Shown here piece by piece: positions 1 through 11,390 of a DNA stretch of 64,000 nucleotides (positions are counted from its first letter, which is position 1; each line of letters begins with the position of its first letter). Both the position numbers and the translations under genes were made by a program. A model generated the notes under the pieces. It worked only from the letters and a program-made list of their open reading frames with translations, made no database searches and was not told where the DNA came from. The DNA comes from Paraphysomonas bandaiensis. Its lineage: Eukaryota > Protista > Chrysophyceae. Location of the stretch: positions 124,001 through 188,000 of the forward strand of contig CBFFRP010000241.1 of assembly GCA_965644295.1 (NCBI GenBank). The letters are read 5' to 3'.

Positions 1-1099
1 GGTCGCTTTCCGTATCAGCATTACGAATTGCAAGTTGTTTCGTCACATCCTCGGCATCATCCAGATTTTCACTGCAAGTACCGTGAGAGAGTTACTACAA
101 TACGTGATTTGGTACCTGAAAGAAGAAGAGTGATGAGACCGAGTCATCAGTAGCATGCGGCCCACTATGTCGGTGGTAGAGATGCCCTCCGTACGTGGGA
201 TTGTCAGGTATTTGCCTTGAGAACGAAATAATGAGGTTAGCGGCATGACAGGAAGTCTACACTCACCCATTTTCTGCGCGCTTTCGTATACATCTTTCCC
301 ATCCACGATACATGGATCGTCACCGTGAACCACATAGTCAATATTATACTCCTTTATGACCCATCGTAGGTACTCGTCGTTCATGATGTACGGTACACCC
401 GGTACAACCTCATCAACGAACTTGCACCCTTCCACACACTGCAAACGCTCTTGATCGTTCATCACTGGAGCACCTTTGCATTGGGTGATGGTTTCGTCGC
501 TATTTACACCTACAATCAGTTTGGTGCCAAGTGCTCTTCCTTTACGAAAAGCATTCATATGCCCATAGTGCATCATATCGAAGGCCCCATCCATCCATAT
601 TCTAATCTCCTTTCCCTCATTTATATTATGCAGATCAGATGATTCTAAAGTCAGTAACTTTTCTTCCAAATCTCTTACAATTTGTTGAGCCTAGACAACA
701 ATAATTATACATACACGCATGATGCCGACACTGAGATTTTCTTCACAATCTATACGTTAGTTAGCCTAGTCAACACTAGCACACTAGCACTTCACTATGA
801 TACGCTCATGGAATGGGCGTATGATACACAACACTCACCTTATTGAGTTTACTCTCCAACTCTTTCCTGTTCCGTAAATGCTTTCGACCCAACCAGTACC
901 AGTAACTGAATAGAGTTAAAACAATCGCACTGCATGATAGAAGGAATTGTTCTGCATCCGGAGTATGATTTTCAGGGACGCCGATGGTTGTTAATACAGT
1001 TGCGATGGTCTGAACACACAGAGTTGTGAAGGGGCTCTCTAATACACGATCGACTAGTCTATCCACCACCCCCCATGGGATGTAACTCAGTATATTCAT
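1..1099 (-). CDS. PCYT2: Ethanolamine-phosphate cytidylyltransferase (spliced; 3' end runs off the window)
   Basis: DGAFDMMHYGH (HxGH) and RTEGISTTDIVGRMLL motifs; exons 1099-839, 690-267, 215-116 and 71-<1 join in frame across GT-AG introns; hydrophobic N-terminal exon. Confidence 0.85.
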
Positions 1100-2289
1100 A
1101 GGTAAACTATAGAAGGGAATGGTTAGTTGATCATTGTTAGAAGGGTTGAGATTGAGAGCGAGGGAGGGAGATGGTTAAGATGAGCGATGCTTGATAGACA
1201 CATACATACATACATGCTGCTGTACACTGTACTGGAGATCTGTATGGTACACGATACGTATATAGAGCAGTACAGTAGCTATGCATACATACATATGTTA
1301 TCTACTGATACATACAGCCAACAGTACATACATACATACAGCAGTACATTACGTACACACATACATGCAGACATACATCCAATAGCATTTAGAAAACACG
1401 GGTTTATGTCCTACTTTTCAGTGTTAAATACCATATTTCTCAAAATCTTCAAGATTTTTTGAAATTTCTAGAGTATTTCAACAATTTTCGGTGGTTTTGT
1501 ACCACTATGCTCAACTGCTGTATCCACTGCAGGATATGATGAGGAGATTCTTATAGTTGCAATGCAGTCAACTCGTAATTGCAAGCAACTATTAGTGACA
1601 GTGAAATTGAGATTGACGGAGACTTGTGGTGTTACTTCTTATGTACCTGCGATCACTGGGAAGCTGTTAATGTATGGATATATACGTAAGAGTCTCATGA
1701 CATGGAACACCACTAATGCATGTGTATGAACAGAGCACACACTAATATATGAGTGCAATAGCACTGCAATACGTCACAAGGACTCATAGAACATGAGGAA
1801 ATGGTAGACTATAAGCTCCATGAGGGGTGGGAGTGTCTCGTTACAGCACCTGTACGGATTTATCATATACATCATCGCACTTTGTAGTTTTTCCCAACTC
1901 AGCAATCCGTAAGATGCTTTAAAGTATTCCGGGCGATCTATTCTGCAAGATATAATGCTCTTCCCAAGCAGCTCACAGTCAAGGCTGTGTACCGGTTGCT
2001 TGAGTGGTTCAATCATAGTTTCAACCATAGTTTGTGGTATGAATCTTTGGCGATCAATTACACGAAGCGTGCCGTGTGTGTTTTGACCATTGCGTAGTGG
2101 CCCATATCTTTCTACCAGGACTATGGAACAATAATATTGCAGTATATTAGTGTCATCAATAAGTATTTAAACTCATGCGTAGACTCTTTTTTTCGTACTA
2201 GCCAGTAAGATCACATGATAACCAAACCCGCTACGCTGGCAAAAAAGAATACATACTGCTTAGTGAATCGAAATATTCCTAATACTTTT

Positions 2290-2820
2290 TTACTGAGCCA
2301 TCATCGGAACATCGGTTACGTTATCATCATCACAGTCATTCAAACTTAATTGAAATATGCATGCACCCGGCCACAACTGCCGATTAGATTTCAGAAACAA
2401 CATCATACTAAGTGCAGCAAAATGCATACTTTTGCGTATCTTTGAGATAGAAAGTTTAGCTGCGTTCACATGTATTGGGAGTATATATTTCAACTTTTCG
2501 TTTTATAGTTCTCCGCATAGCCGACATCAGCTTCGCATCTTTATCATCGTTACCATCACTGTCAGAACGGATATATATCCTAACAGCATCCTTCCCAGAT
2601 CTTATCAAATACTTCACCTCTTGGATTTTTCCATATCTATTCTCAAAATTCGGACCATTAGCATAGAACTGTTTATTTAAAACGGAGATAAAGGATACCT
2701 AGCCCTGAAGTCTTTCAATAAGTCATCAAAAGATTATTAGATTATTAAGTTCATTGCCACCTTCTTCTGTACCACTAAACAGTCGTAATGAATACTGGCA
2801 ACACCATTTTATAATTGCTT
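2290..2820 (-). pseudogene. Fossil hAT-like transposase C-terminal fragment
   Basis: Frameshifted PNFEN..KIQ ... NTCER/AAKLSISKIRKSM..MMLFLKSNRQLW resembles the hATC dimerisation region; similar fragments at ~38.8-39.2 kb and ~55.1-55.5 kb. Confidence 0.6.
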
Positions 2821-2921
2821 CACAATTATCAATAATATTCACAGTGATTAGTGTAGTTGTAATGCAATAAATTCTAATTACACTCTGTGTCGTAGTCTAA
2901 CTCTATACTTGTCCATCCAAC

Positions 2922-3899
2922 TCAAATCGTGTCATCTGATAAGAGTTTATCTGTCAGCGGTGTTGTGCGCACAGAAAGCGAACCCTCAGACGCCGGAACA
3001 CTGCATCTGTAGCTACTCCCTGCACTCCCAGCGCTGCCCCCGAATTCCTGCTCAAACTCCTGTAGATCGTTATAATACTGCTCAAATGCCTCCAAGCTTT
3101 TTCTGTCATGAAGAAAAATGACAGCGTATCCTATTCCCAACAAGTATTGGAGGATATGATAGGCATATGCGATGTAGTATTTTTCCTGACCAGACGACCC
3201 CCCTTTTCGGTACAGATCGTATATTATGACTACGTCCACAAGTAGAAACACACCAGTGGTAAAAAGGGCATAGGCAGCAGGTCCACAGAGGATCTGTGCA
3301 GACATATCTATAAACACTAATCGTGGTAGATCCCAGAGACGCTGCATAATTACACCGATTTCCCATATGGTTGCGAGTTCTACTATCCACACAAGGACTA
3401 GTGATACCACATAAATATAGAATCCAGACTGCGATTGGCGGTCCAGTTGGCACCAGTTGAACCTCTTTTCAAAACTGTTCCCAAGTACAGAAATCGTCGC
3501 GGGAATAAGCGGTACCAAAAGTATTATCCAAACTATACGCGCCTCTAATACCATCTCCGTAGTTTCAGTGACTTCAGTATTGTCAATAAGTCTCAAGACG
3601 TTTGTTTTCTTCAGCATAAAATAAGTGATCAGAATACTCTGATATACAGCGTAGGAAAACACAAAGCCGAATATATCACAAACATCTTCGGTGTATACAT
3701 ACGGCAACGTTGCGATAGTCCATAGAGTGATTGTTAAGTTAAGGTACAGTACCAGCTTAGATGATGATGTCTTAAATCCAACACGTATGACATTGATGAC
3801 AACATAAAGTGTTGAACATGCACTTGATATACACAAAATAAGCATTATCACAGATGATGGTGCTTTCAGAGGGATACTATAGTCATCATCGTCAGACAT
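2922..3899 (-). CDS. 7-transmembrane GPCR-like protein (cAMP receptor/Git3-like)
   Basis: 325-aa intronless ORF, about seven hydrophobic segments, Cys at the start of TM3, 'WC' in the second extracellular loop, Ser-rich tail. Confidence 0.65.
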   Translation of the reverse strand: MSDDDDYSIPLKAPSSVIMLILCISSACSTLYVVINVIRVGFKTSSSKLVLYLNLTITLWTIATLPYVYTEDVCDIFGFVFSYAVYQSILITYFMLKKTNVLRLIDNTEVTETTEMVLEARIVWIILLVPLIPATISVLGNSFEKRFNWCQLDRQSQSGFYIYVVSLVLVWIVELATIWEIGVIMQRLWDLPRLVFIDMSAQILCGPAAYALFTTGVFLLVDVVIIYDLYRKGGSSGQEKYYIAYAYHILQYLLGIGYAVIFLHDRKSLEAFEQYYNDLQEFEQEFGGSAGSAGSSYRCSVPASEGSLSVRTTPLTDKLLSDDTI

Positions 3900-4511
3900 A
3901 CTTGATCTATTCAGAGATGTAACTACAGTGTGTTACACTACTATAACTATACACATATATTCAGTTATCTCTTATAAACTAACGTAAAGATAAGTACATT
4001 ATAAAGCCTTGTAATGGAGGTGTATATATGAGATACATACATCAGATGGCTATAAGATTATGAGTATCAAACTGTGGATGAGGAGATGCTATAAAGAGGG
4101 ATTTTTAATTGGGGATGTGTAGAAAAATGGGGTTTTATACAATACATATTCTAAATATGTGGTATTTATAACGTATTTTTGTATTTTCGGTAGTTTTTAG
4201 CAGGCAGAACAGTGGAGTATGTACAGCAGTATGAATTTGTACAGGGGTTTGCCCTAGTTATCGTACTACTACGACTACTATGCGCACTATGTCTATGTAT
4301 ATGTACACCTTTATATGTATGTCTTTTCCTATACACAATTCGTGTACAAGTAACTGTATGTGTATGAGGGATGGTTCATGTATATACGTGTATATGTATG
4401 TATATGTATGTATGGTATATCTATCGCTCTCTCTGTGTGTATATATATATACATACATCAGACTTAACATACTTACATGTCACGATAATCATACCCTATA
4501 AACACATATCA

Positions 4512-6594
4512 ATGAGCTTCTCTCTTCCTCGTTCAGATTCATTAAGTGCAAAGGTTCATCCAAAGATCCTCGCAGCTCAACAGAGTTCCGCTACCATCAC
4601 ATACACCTCCACGCATAGAGATATCGAGGAGATTGAGTCCATAGACACCACGCCAGTGCTTGAATATGAGCATACCAAGTACCCTGACCCTCCACATACA
4701 GTTCATGTGCACTGCAGTGACTGTCATGGTATGATATGGTGGGAATACAGCAGTCAGTATGGCGACAGAGTGTCTCAATGGGAAGTTCGTCGATATAGAA
4801 GAGACAGAGATGGATCATGGTCAATCAAAGGGGTTAAATGCTACAAGGATATGCCAATGAAGAGGGTGTGTAGATAGCCGCGTATGTCATATCACTTTAA
4901 TGTTATGGTTGACAGTTCCATCTCACTGACCTCGAACTCAATCATTACTATCGTTTCACTGTGAGCGCGATTAATAAACACGGTACGGTTTGATGGAAGT
5001 GTGGTGTGTTATATCATTCTATCATGTAGGTCGTGGACCGGAATCTCGAATGAGCAACACGATATATGTTGAGCAGCCGTTGCCAGCGGGATGGTTCCGA
5101 GCTACTTCTTCAGATGACACCTTCTTTTATTACAACCTTAATGTATTATACGATTTTGTTGTATACCATGTAATACATTCTCCTTGTGCAGACAGGGTGT
5201 ACGTCTAAAGAGCGGCCTGACCTGGACCCGTACTTTATTCCAGATGAGGTCGTGGTAAAGATGTTTGCGCCTCATGAAGTTTCGCATCTACGAGAAGTTT
5301 ATGATGAGGAGATACTGCATTTTGATAAAGTTAAAAAAGACAGGCTCAGAGACATACTCCTCGAGGTAGGTGTTGGTTAATTTAAACCGTTGTTTGTTAC
5401 ATAAATGACTTGTATGTCTATAGCTTGGAGAGTCCTTCACTCCTAGGGAATGTGCTGTGGCCATCCGTGAGCACTCGGTCAGCACGGAAGCAATATACTC
5501 TTGGCAAGTATTCATGGAGGTCATGTATACAATGAAGACGAAGGCGATAAAGAATAAAGTGAGTATTCTCTCTTAATTCGACTCGCAGTTTGAACTCTTT
5601 GTGTAGAATATAACGCAACAGGCAACCAATGTATGGCGGCGTCTTTTCAGTTGTTTTGAGCCGAAGGAAGTAGTGTCGAGTAGTACAAGAATAGAGATGG
5701 TTGGATCGTGGGATGTGCGTCGAAGTAAAGCGATAGACAGGTACTTTCTTTTGTATGCAGCTTATATTTGACGATGCGCCGTAGGGTGTTTTACTTTAAC
5801 AAGGCGGCCAGAAAAAGAAAATGGGTAGCCCCCATAGAAGTTCGTCTATATTTACCAGAGGATGGCATCCTCTTAGAGTCGGCGGAGATGTTGTACGACC
5901 CTGTAGAGTTGGACCTTATAAAGGTGATAGATAGTACATTTCATCGTCTATTAATCATATCTTTCGAATATAGAATGCATATTGCCATATGGATATAGAC
6001 TCAACCGGAAATGTGGATATCGTTGAATTTTTTCGGTTTATGTTCGTTGCTGCGAACCCTACTCCTGATCCAATGGCAACCATGCTACCTCCTAATTCTG
6101 CCACCGAGAGGGCAAATCTTTTCGCAGCAGTCTGTCTAACAAACAGTTCAGCTGGTCTGAAGTACCAAGACTTTCTGCGGATGATGGTTACTCTGAAGAG
6201 AGGCAAAAAGGATGAAGTCAAAGAATATCATGACGCTATGCCCGCCCTGGCAGAATTTTCCCCTTCTCGGACAACCCTTGCTAAGAGCACTGAGCGGTAC
6301 CTAATAGCACGTAAGCAAGGAAGGTTCGAGCAGGAGAATTCACCTTTTCCCTTGTCTGCCCCGAAGCGCCGTCGCTCAAGTGAAGGTTCCAGGAAATACA
6401 GTACTGTTACGGATGAAGTACAGGAGTTTGACGATGAGAGTGCGGTGTCTGTTGGGAAAACTCTAAGTTCCCTTTCTGATACTCCTTGGTTCAAGAGGCA
6501 GGTAACTTTTACTACTGGCCCCAATGGGGAGGTCGTGGAACACTCACTGTGTTGCATGTGCGGGTGCCGAGAGTCGCTCTACTACGGATCATAG
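4512..6594 (+). CDS. Fibronectin type III + WW + EF-hand domain protein (multi-exon)
   Basis: Spliced FHLTDLELNHYYRFTVSAINKHG/RGPES (FN3), LPAGW...FFYYN (WW), DIDSTGNVDIVEF (EF-hand loop); short GT-AG introns. Confidence 0.7.
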
Positions 6595-7018
6595 GCGACA
6601 TGATTTTAATAGGCACAATTTATCCCTTATACTTCAGTATATATTAGTGTTTCATTCCCGAGCGGGTACCTCACATTGGAATCACACTGTGGCTGGCAAG
6701 TATTGCTGTACCCTTATGTCAGGAATGAACACAAAAATGAGCTACGTATGTGTCGTGATGACTTGTAGGTGTATCGAAAACTGTTTGGATACGAAAAATC
6801 AACTAATAATTACTAATTTAATATATATATCCCGAACAATAATTCATAAGGAATATATTTTCCGTTTCCATGGATTTCTATAAGGTCCTTGTGGTTTGTT
6901 TTTCTTGGGGAGACACTTCCCGACAGCTATGTTTCACTTTTTGTGGTATATGGGGAGCTTTATTGCACAGAGATCCGCTATTACTGTTGAGGCTAAACTT
7001 CTCAATGTCAGTGTGTAT

Positions 7019-7784
7019 CAGGGATGCGTAACAATTAATTGCAAAATTTTTATATTGCAATTATGAGTTATCGCGCTATTGTAATTGCAATTAATAGTAA
7101 ATAAATTGCCAATTATTGTCTAATTAAATTAGCTACTCATTACAAGCACGCATAGCATATTCAACTGTACTTGCATTCCACAGAAGACTATTAAAGCGCA
7201 AGAACATATGGGGCCTCCAATCAACAAATTTTGACTCGCACTTTGTCCTGGTGTTCTGGGAATAAGTACCCGCCCACCTCAAAGAAAGTGTTTGCACCTT
7301 GGTGCTTGTGGTGGCGCACAATCAACTTTCGTAGAGCCAAATAGTAGGATATAAGAGTTAAGCACTAGTTAGTGAAATTGTTTAGCTACATTAGTTCTGA
7401 CTCTTACGTGCCTGTTGCTAATAATAATTAGACTGGAAAGAATATGATTGCCAAACTACTTATAGATATCTTAAATCTATACGATACGGATTGAGCTGAA
7501 GTTAGTCTTGTAGCTCAAGGTCAAGAGGAAAGAAACTTAATCGACCATACGAAGAAACAGTACTTTTCAAAATGTATATAAAATTATAATGAGAGGCCAA
7601 CCTTCCCACCATTTTAATAGCCATTAAGGGCGATAAATGACCATCGTCCTTAAGCTATTCTAATATATGTCCTTATATATAATAAATAGATAAATAGTAT
7701 AAAGTTGCCAATTAATTGCAATTTAATAGAAACCTTCCAGCGAGCAATTAAATTGCAATTCGATTAAATTGTTACGTAGCCCTG
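7019..7784. mobile_element. Non-autonomous hAT-type element (MITE), 766 bp
   Basis: Imperfect TIRs cagggatgcgtaacaatt / aattgttacgtagccctg; exact 8-bp TSD gtgtgtat (7011-7018, 7785-7792); subterminal aattgc/gcaatt repeats. Confidence 0.85.
7221..7430 (-). repeat. Internally deleted copy of the dispersed repeat at 48.6-50 kb, inside the MITE
   Basis: Reverse complement shares ctacgaaag.tg.ttgtgcg...caagcaccaaggtgc and ggtactta..ccc.agaacacca.gacaa.gtgcgagtc blocks. Confidence 0.75.
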
Positions 7785-8052
7785 GTGTGTATGCCTGAAA
7801 TTCATATAGTCATTTTTTAGTGTTGTAGTTTTCTATGATGTGAGCTATATTCTCAACTACCTCGCTAATTGCACATATGATATGGCGTATAGTATAAAGT
7901 GTGTTGCACAGACCGTAAGAAATACTACATGAAAATAATCCCGTTGATATCAACACTGCACCCGACTTACATCAACTCATTTAGTTTTAGAACTGATATA
8001 GAGCTGGAAATATAGTGTTTTACTACGTAATTATCATAATACTAAATTACAG

Positions 8053-8197
8053 CAGAGCCAGGTAGCCATTTATAATAATGGCATGAATGGTCGTTAAGGT
8101 AATGTCATTATAACTGCGGGACATATTTTATTAATAACCATTATAATTTCAAGGAACTGGGCCCCATTAATGGGCCATTAACGGCTACCAGACCCTG
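8053..8197. mobile_element. Miniature hAT-type MITE, 145 bp
   Basis: TIRs cagagccaggtagcc / ggctaccagaccctg; exact 8-bp TSD aattacag (8045-8052, 8198-8205). Confidence 0.8.
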
Positions 8198-8249
8198 AAT
8201 TACAGATCAAATATACGATATACACTGTCGCTTCATATCAGCATGGCAA

Positions 8250-9185
8250 TTACAAATTCATTCCTAACAATTTCCTTTGATCTATTGTAAGGTCATTTGG
8301 GTCCCAATCTCTGTCAGCTTCTACTCCTTGTGGCCCATACATTGGGTAACTATTTTCATTAATCGCTTTTAGTTGGTGACGCATATATCGTCTATTTATT
8401 TCGATATCAGGTAGAAATCCGGTATATACGACCTCTCTAGAGTCATAACCACTAAGATTGTCGCAGGTGGCATGTGGTAGCCGACTATCCCACAATACTA
8501 ATGACCCACAAGGGGCATATACTGTCTCAAGTTGCTTTTGAAGCTTTGCATGACTCTTACTTCCCATACGAAAGAATTCTCCACGTTGGCCACATGCTGC
8601 TTCTGCTTCAGCACTTCCACGGAAGTAGCTATCAATGTGTTTATGAAATCCACGTACAACACGTAATCCTCCACTTTCGTTATGAAAATGGTTTGTTAAA
8701 CATACATATCCTTGTATAGGCCGCCACTTATCTAACCCCCCGGACTGCAGAAGATAAGGGTCTGCTGGGTTGCGATCCAAATGTAGCCCCAAACCACCTT
8801 CACTATGAATAACATCAGGTAGGCGGTAACACACACGATCCGCCATACAAAACGTATTGTCACATTTCCCAAATGGATGTTCAAAGTATGGTATATCGCC
8901 AGTGCCGTATGTTGCTTCTAATAGACGCTGATATGCACCAACAACACGAGGATGCATATGAATATCTAGTAATTTCCATTTAGCATAATACATGTACATG
9001 CCAGGGCCTTTTAATCTTGCATTAATCTCATTCCATCTCTCACTGCTGTGGTGTATCCCTGTGCGTCTATAGATATCGTTATGTAGACTATTGCGAGCCT
9101 GAGAGACTTCTAAATCAGTTAAAACATCTTCGATTACCACTATTCCAGTATCAATAAATTCATTGATATGTTGTTCTGTGATCAT
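8250..9185 (-). CDS. Phytanoyl-CoA dioxygenase-like Fe(II)/2OG oxygenase
   Basis: N-terminal 'F..tG.VVI.DVL', HLD (HxD), IQGYVCLT, GGLRVV.GFH, GSLVLWDSRLPH distal His; intronless. Confidence 0.8.
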   Translation of the reverse strand: MITEQHINEFIDTGIVVIEDVLTDLEVSQARNSLHNDIYRRTGIHHSSERWNEINARLKGPGMYMYYAKWKLLDIHMHPRVVGAYQRLLEATYGTGDIPYFEHPFGKCDNTFCMADRVCYRLPDVIHSEGGLGLHLDRNPADPYLLQSGGLDKWRPIQGYVCLTNHFHNESGGLRVVRGFHKHIDSYFRGSAEAEAACGQRGEFFRMGSKSHAKLQKQLETVYAPCGSLVLWDSRLPHATCDNLSGYDSREVVYTGFLPDIEINRRYMRHQLKAINENSYPMYGPQGVEADRDWDPNDLTIDQRKLLGMNL

Positions 9186-9267
9186 GATGTATGTATATGT
9201 AGGAGACTGTTAATTATGAGATGAGATGGAAAGATCCATACATACATACGTGTGTTGAATCGGCAGT

Positions 9268-9380
9268 CAGCATCTTGTTTTTCGGAAATGAATTGAAGCA
9301 AATATTCTCTATATTACTGCAATACAACTACGTCTGGAATACAGATAATTATTGTCTCAATATTAGAGGCATATTTGAAC
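9268..9380. repeat. ~110-bp upstream element, second copy at 53191-53302
   Basis: Direct alignment by eye at roughly 85% identity, including aactacg.ctggaatacagataatt.ttgtctcaatattaga. Confidence 0.8.
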
Positions 9381-9891
9381 AAAAATATACAAAGAATGAT
9401 GATACGTGCATACATAAGACCATGGAGAAAATTCCACACGGGGTGTTCTCTACACGATGCCTCTTATCCACTCATAATGCTTGTATGACAATATCTCTTT
9501 GATGATTGGATAGTACTCTTAGGTCCTCCAGCAGGAGCAGCAAATCAAACGTTGGAGAGTATTCTATCCATTCAATTGAATATACTGTGTTTTGATTGGA
9601 TCATCTGGTGATGATGGTAGTCAATGACGATGATATGATCATATATATACAGTATACATATGTATGTATGTGCACTCCACTGCACTGCACTGCACTTACA
9701 TACATATCCCTTCTAGTTACCTCCGCATTGACGTGCAGTCTCCATATGCCGTAATGCATTCTATCAATTCTATCCCATCATATCGATACACCACCTCCTC
9801 ATATACTCCTATTACTAGTACCCTTATAAGGAACTGCTCTATACATACATACCTACATACAGACTTATCTCTTTAATTATACATACATTCA

Positions 9892-10401
9892 ATGACTGAA
9901 GAAATTAATACCGTGAAATCTTTTCTAGAAGGTTGTTATTCAAGAATATCGAATGTTGATTATACGCTTGTAGAGAGTGTGTTGCATGATGACTTTGTGT
10001 TTGATGATGATAACGGACACCACGATAAGTCCTCGTATATATACGCCTTTCTTCCAGCATGGGAAGCTTTAGTATCTACAAGTAGATTAAGGATTGTGTC
10101 AATTGCATTATGTACTGAAAAAATTGATGGACGATCTGTTGTATTGGCACAGTGGGAATGTGATTATAGTTGTAAAGAAGGTGCCATGTGGGCGGGAGTC
10201 ATACCGATTTCTGGTGAAAAATATGGTTTGAAAGTACTGGCCAGCTTCCACCTTTTGGATGGTAAAATTATTCGTTTGCTGCAGCGAGCAGATGACTACT
10301 ACAGGCATTGTGGAATTGAGAGTGAGGTGCGTCGATACATGATTGCGCAAGAGGATAAGGCCAAAACACTGACTGAAAGAAATCCTTCTGTCTGTGAGTG
10401 A
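9892..10401 (+). CDS. SnoaL/NTF2-like fold protein
   Basis: 169-aa intronless ORF with LHDDFVF and FHLLDGKII signatures. Confidence 0.65.
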   Translation: MTEEINTVKSFLEGCYSRISNVDYTLVESVLHDDFVFDDDNGHHDKSSYIYAFLPAWEALVSTSRLRIVSIALCTEKIDGRSVVLAQWECDYSCKEGAMWAGVIPISGEKYGLKVLASFHLLDGKIIRLLQRADDYYRHCGIESEVRRYMIAQEDKAKTLTERNPSVCE

Positions 10402-11390
10402 AAATACCATCGTCTTCGAGGCATTATTCTGGCTATCAGTTAGATATGTAAATTATAGTTGTGTCATAAATACACCACCTAGTGTGCTATGGTTAGATGG
10501 CGTGCAGATATATATGCTTGCATGTTACCTGTATTCGGACAACATGCGTAATTGCTTGGCATTCGGCAGTTATCTTTTTTAAATCTTAAATTTTGCAAGG
10601 AGCCTTACCATAGTATGTAATCTCAATCCAATGTACCGCGTTTGAAACTGTACGACTGTACAGAATAAGATACTCATCACGTTGTAAGATTAACTGGTAT
10701 ATTCAAAGATAAAGATATATTCAAAGATAAATGAAGTAGCTATTGTAGTTAGACGATATGAAGTTGATTCGTGTCCATTTAGGTAGAGTTAATAAAATTA
10801 ATTGAAATTTAACCTCAGTTATAATGTATAATATAAGTTGTGACTTGAAAGCTAACTCTTACAAACTCCTTGGCCATTATTTAAAATAACCTCTCTTGAC
10901 AATAACATATATTGTAAGCACTTGGCTTTAGGACTTTGTATTCGAATTACGAAGATGGGGTTCCTTTGGAGTGTCACTATAACCGTTGCTTAAAGAATAA
11001 TCAGCAGTCAGAAACAGTATTACATGAAAGATAGTATAGACCAGGGCTAGGGAGCAATATATTAGACAAACGAAGTATTAAGTATTATATTGCCTGTGTA
11101 CGATGCCGCCTAAGATCTGATAATATTGATTGGTAGTAGAGAGAACATGAATTTAGTGAATGATGAGAGAAGTTGATCACAATTTTAATAATTGATTATT
11201 AAGTGTGCATTGTTATAAGTTCAGTTACTTAATTTAAGTCTAAATATCTAATTCGGTTTATGATCACTGAAACAGACTCAAATCTACCAAAGCAATCGAC
11301 AATTTGATTGCGTTAAAGTAACATAAAATCGGTGTTTAAATATAAATATAAATATAAACAGCGCACTGACGGAACACATATATATTCGAA

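Noticed and set aside
11042-11065. hAT-like end cagggctagggagcaatatatt
   Set aside because: No partner TIR or TSD found
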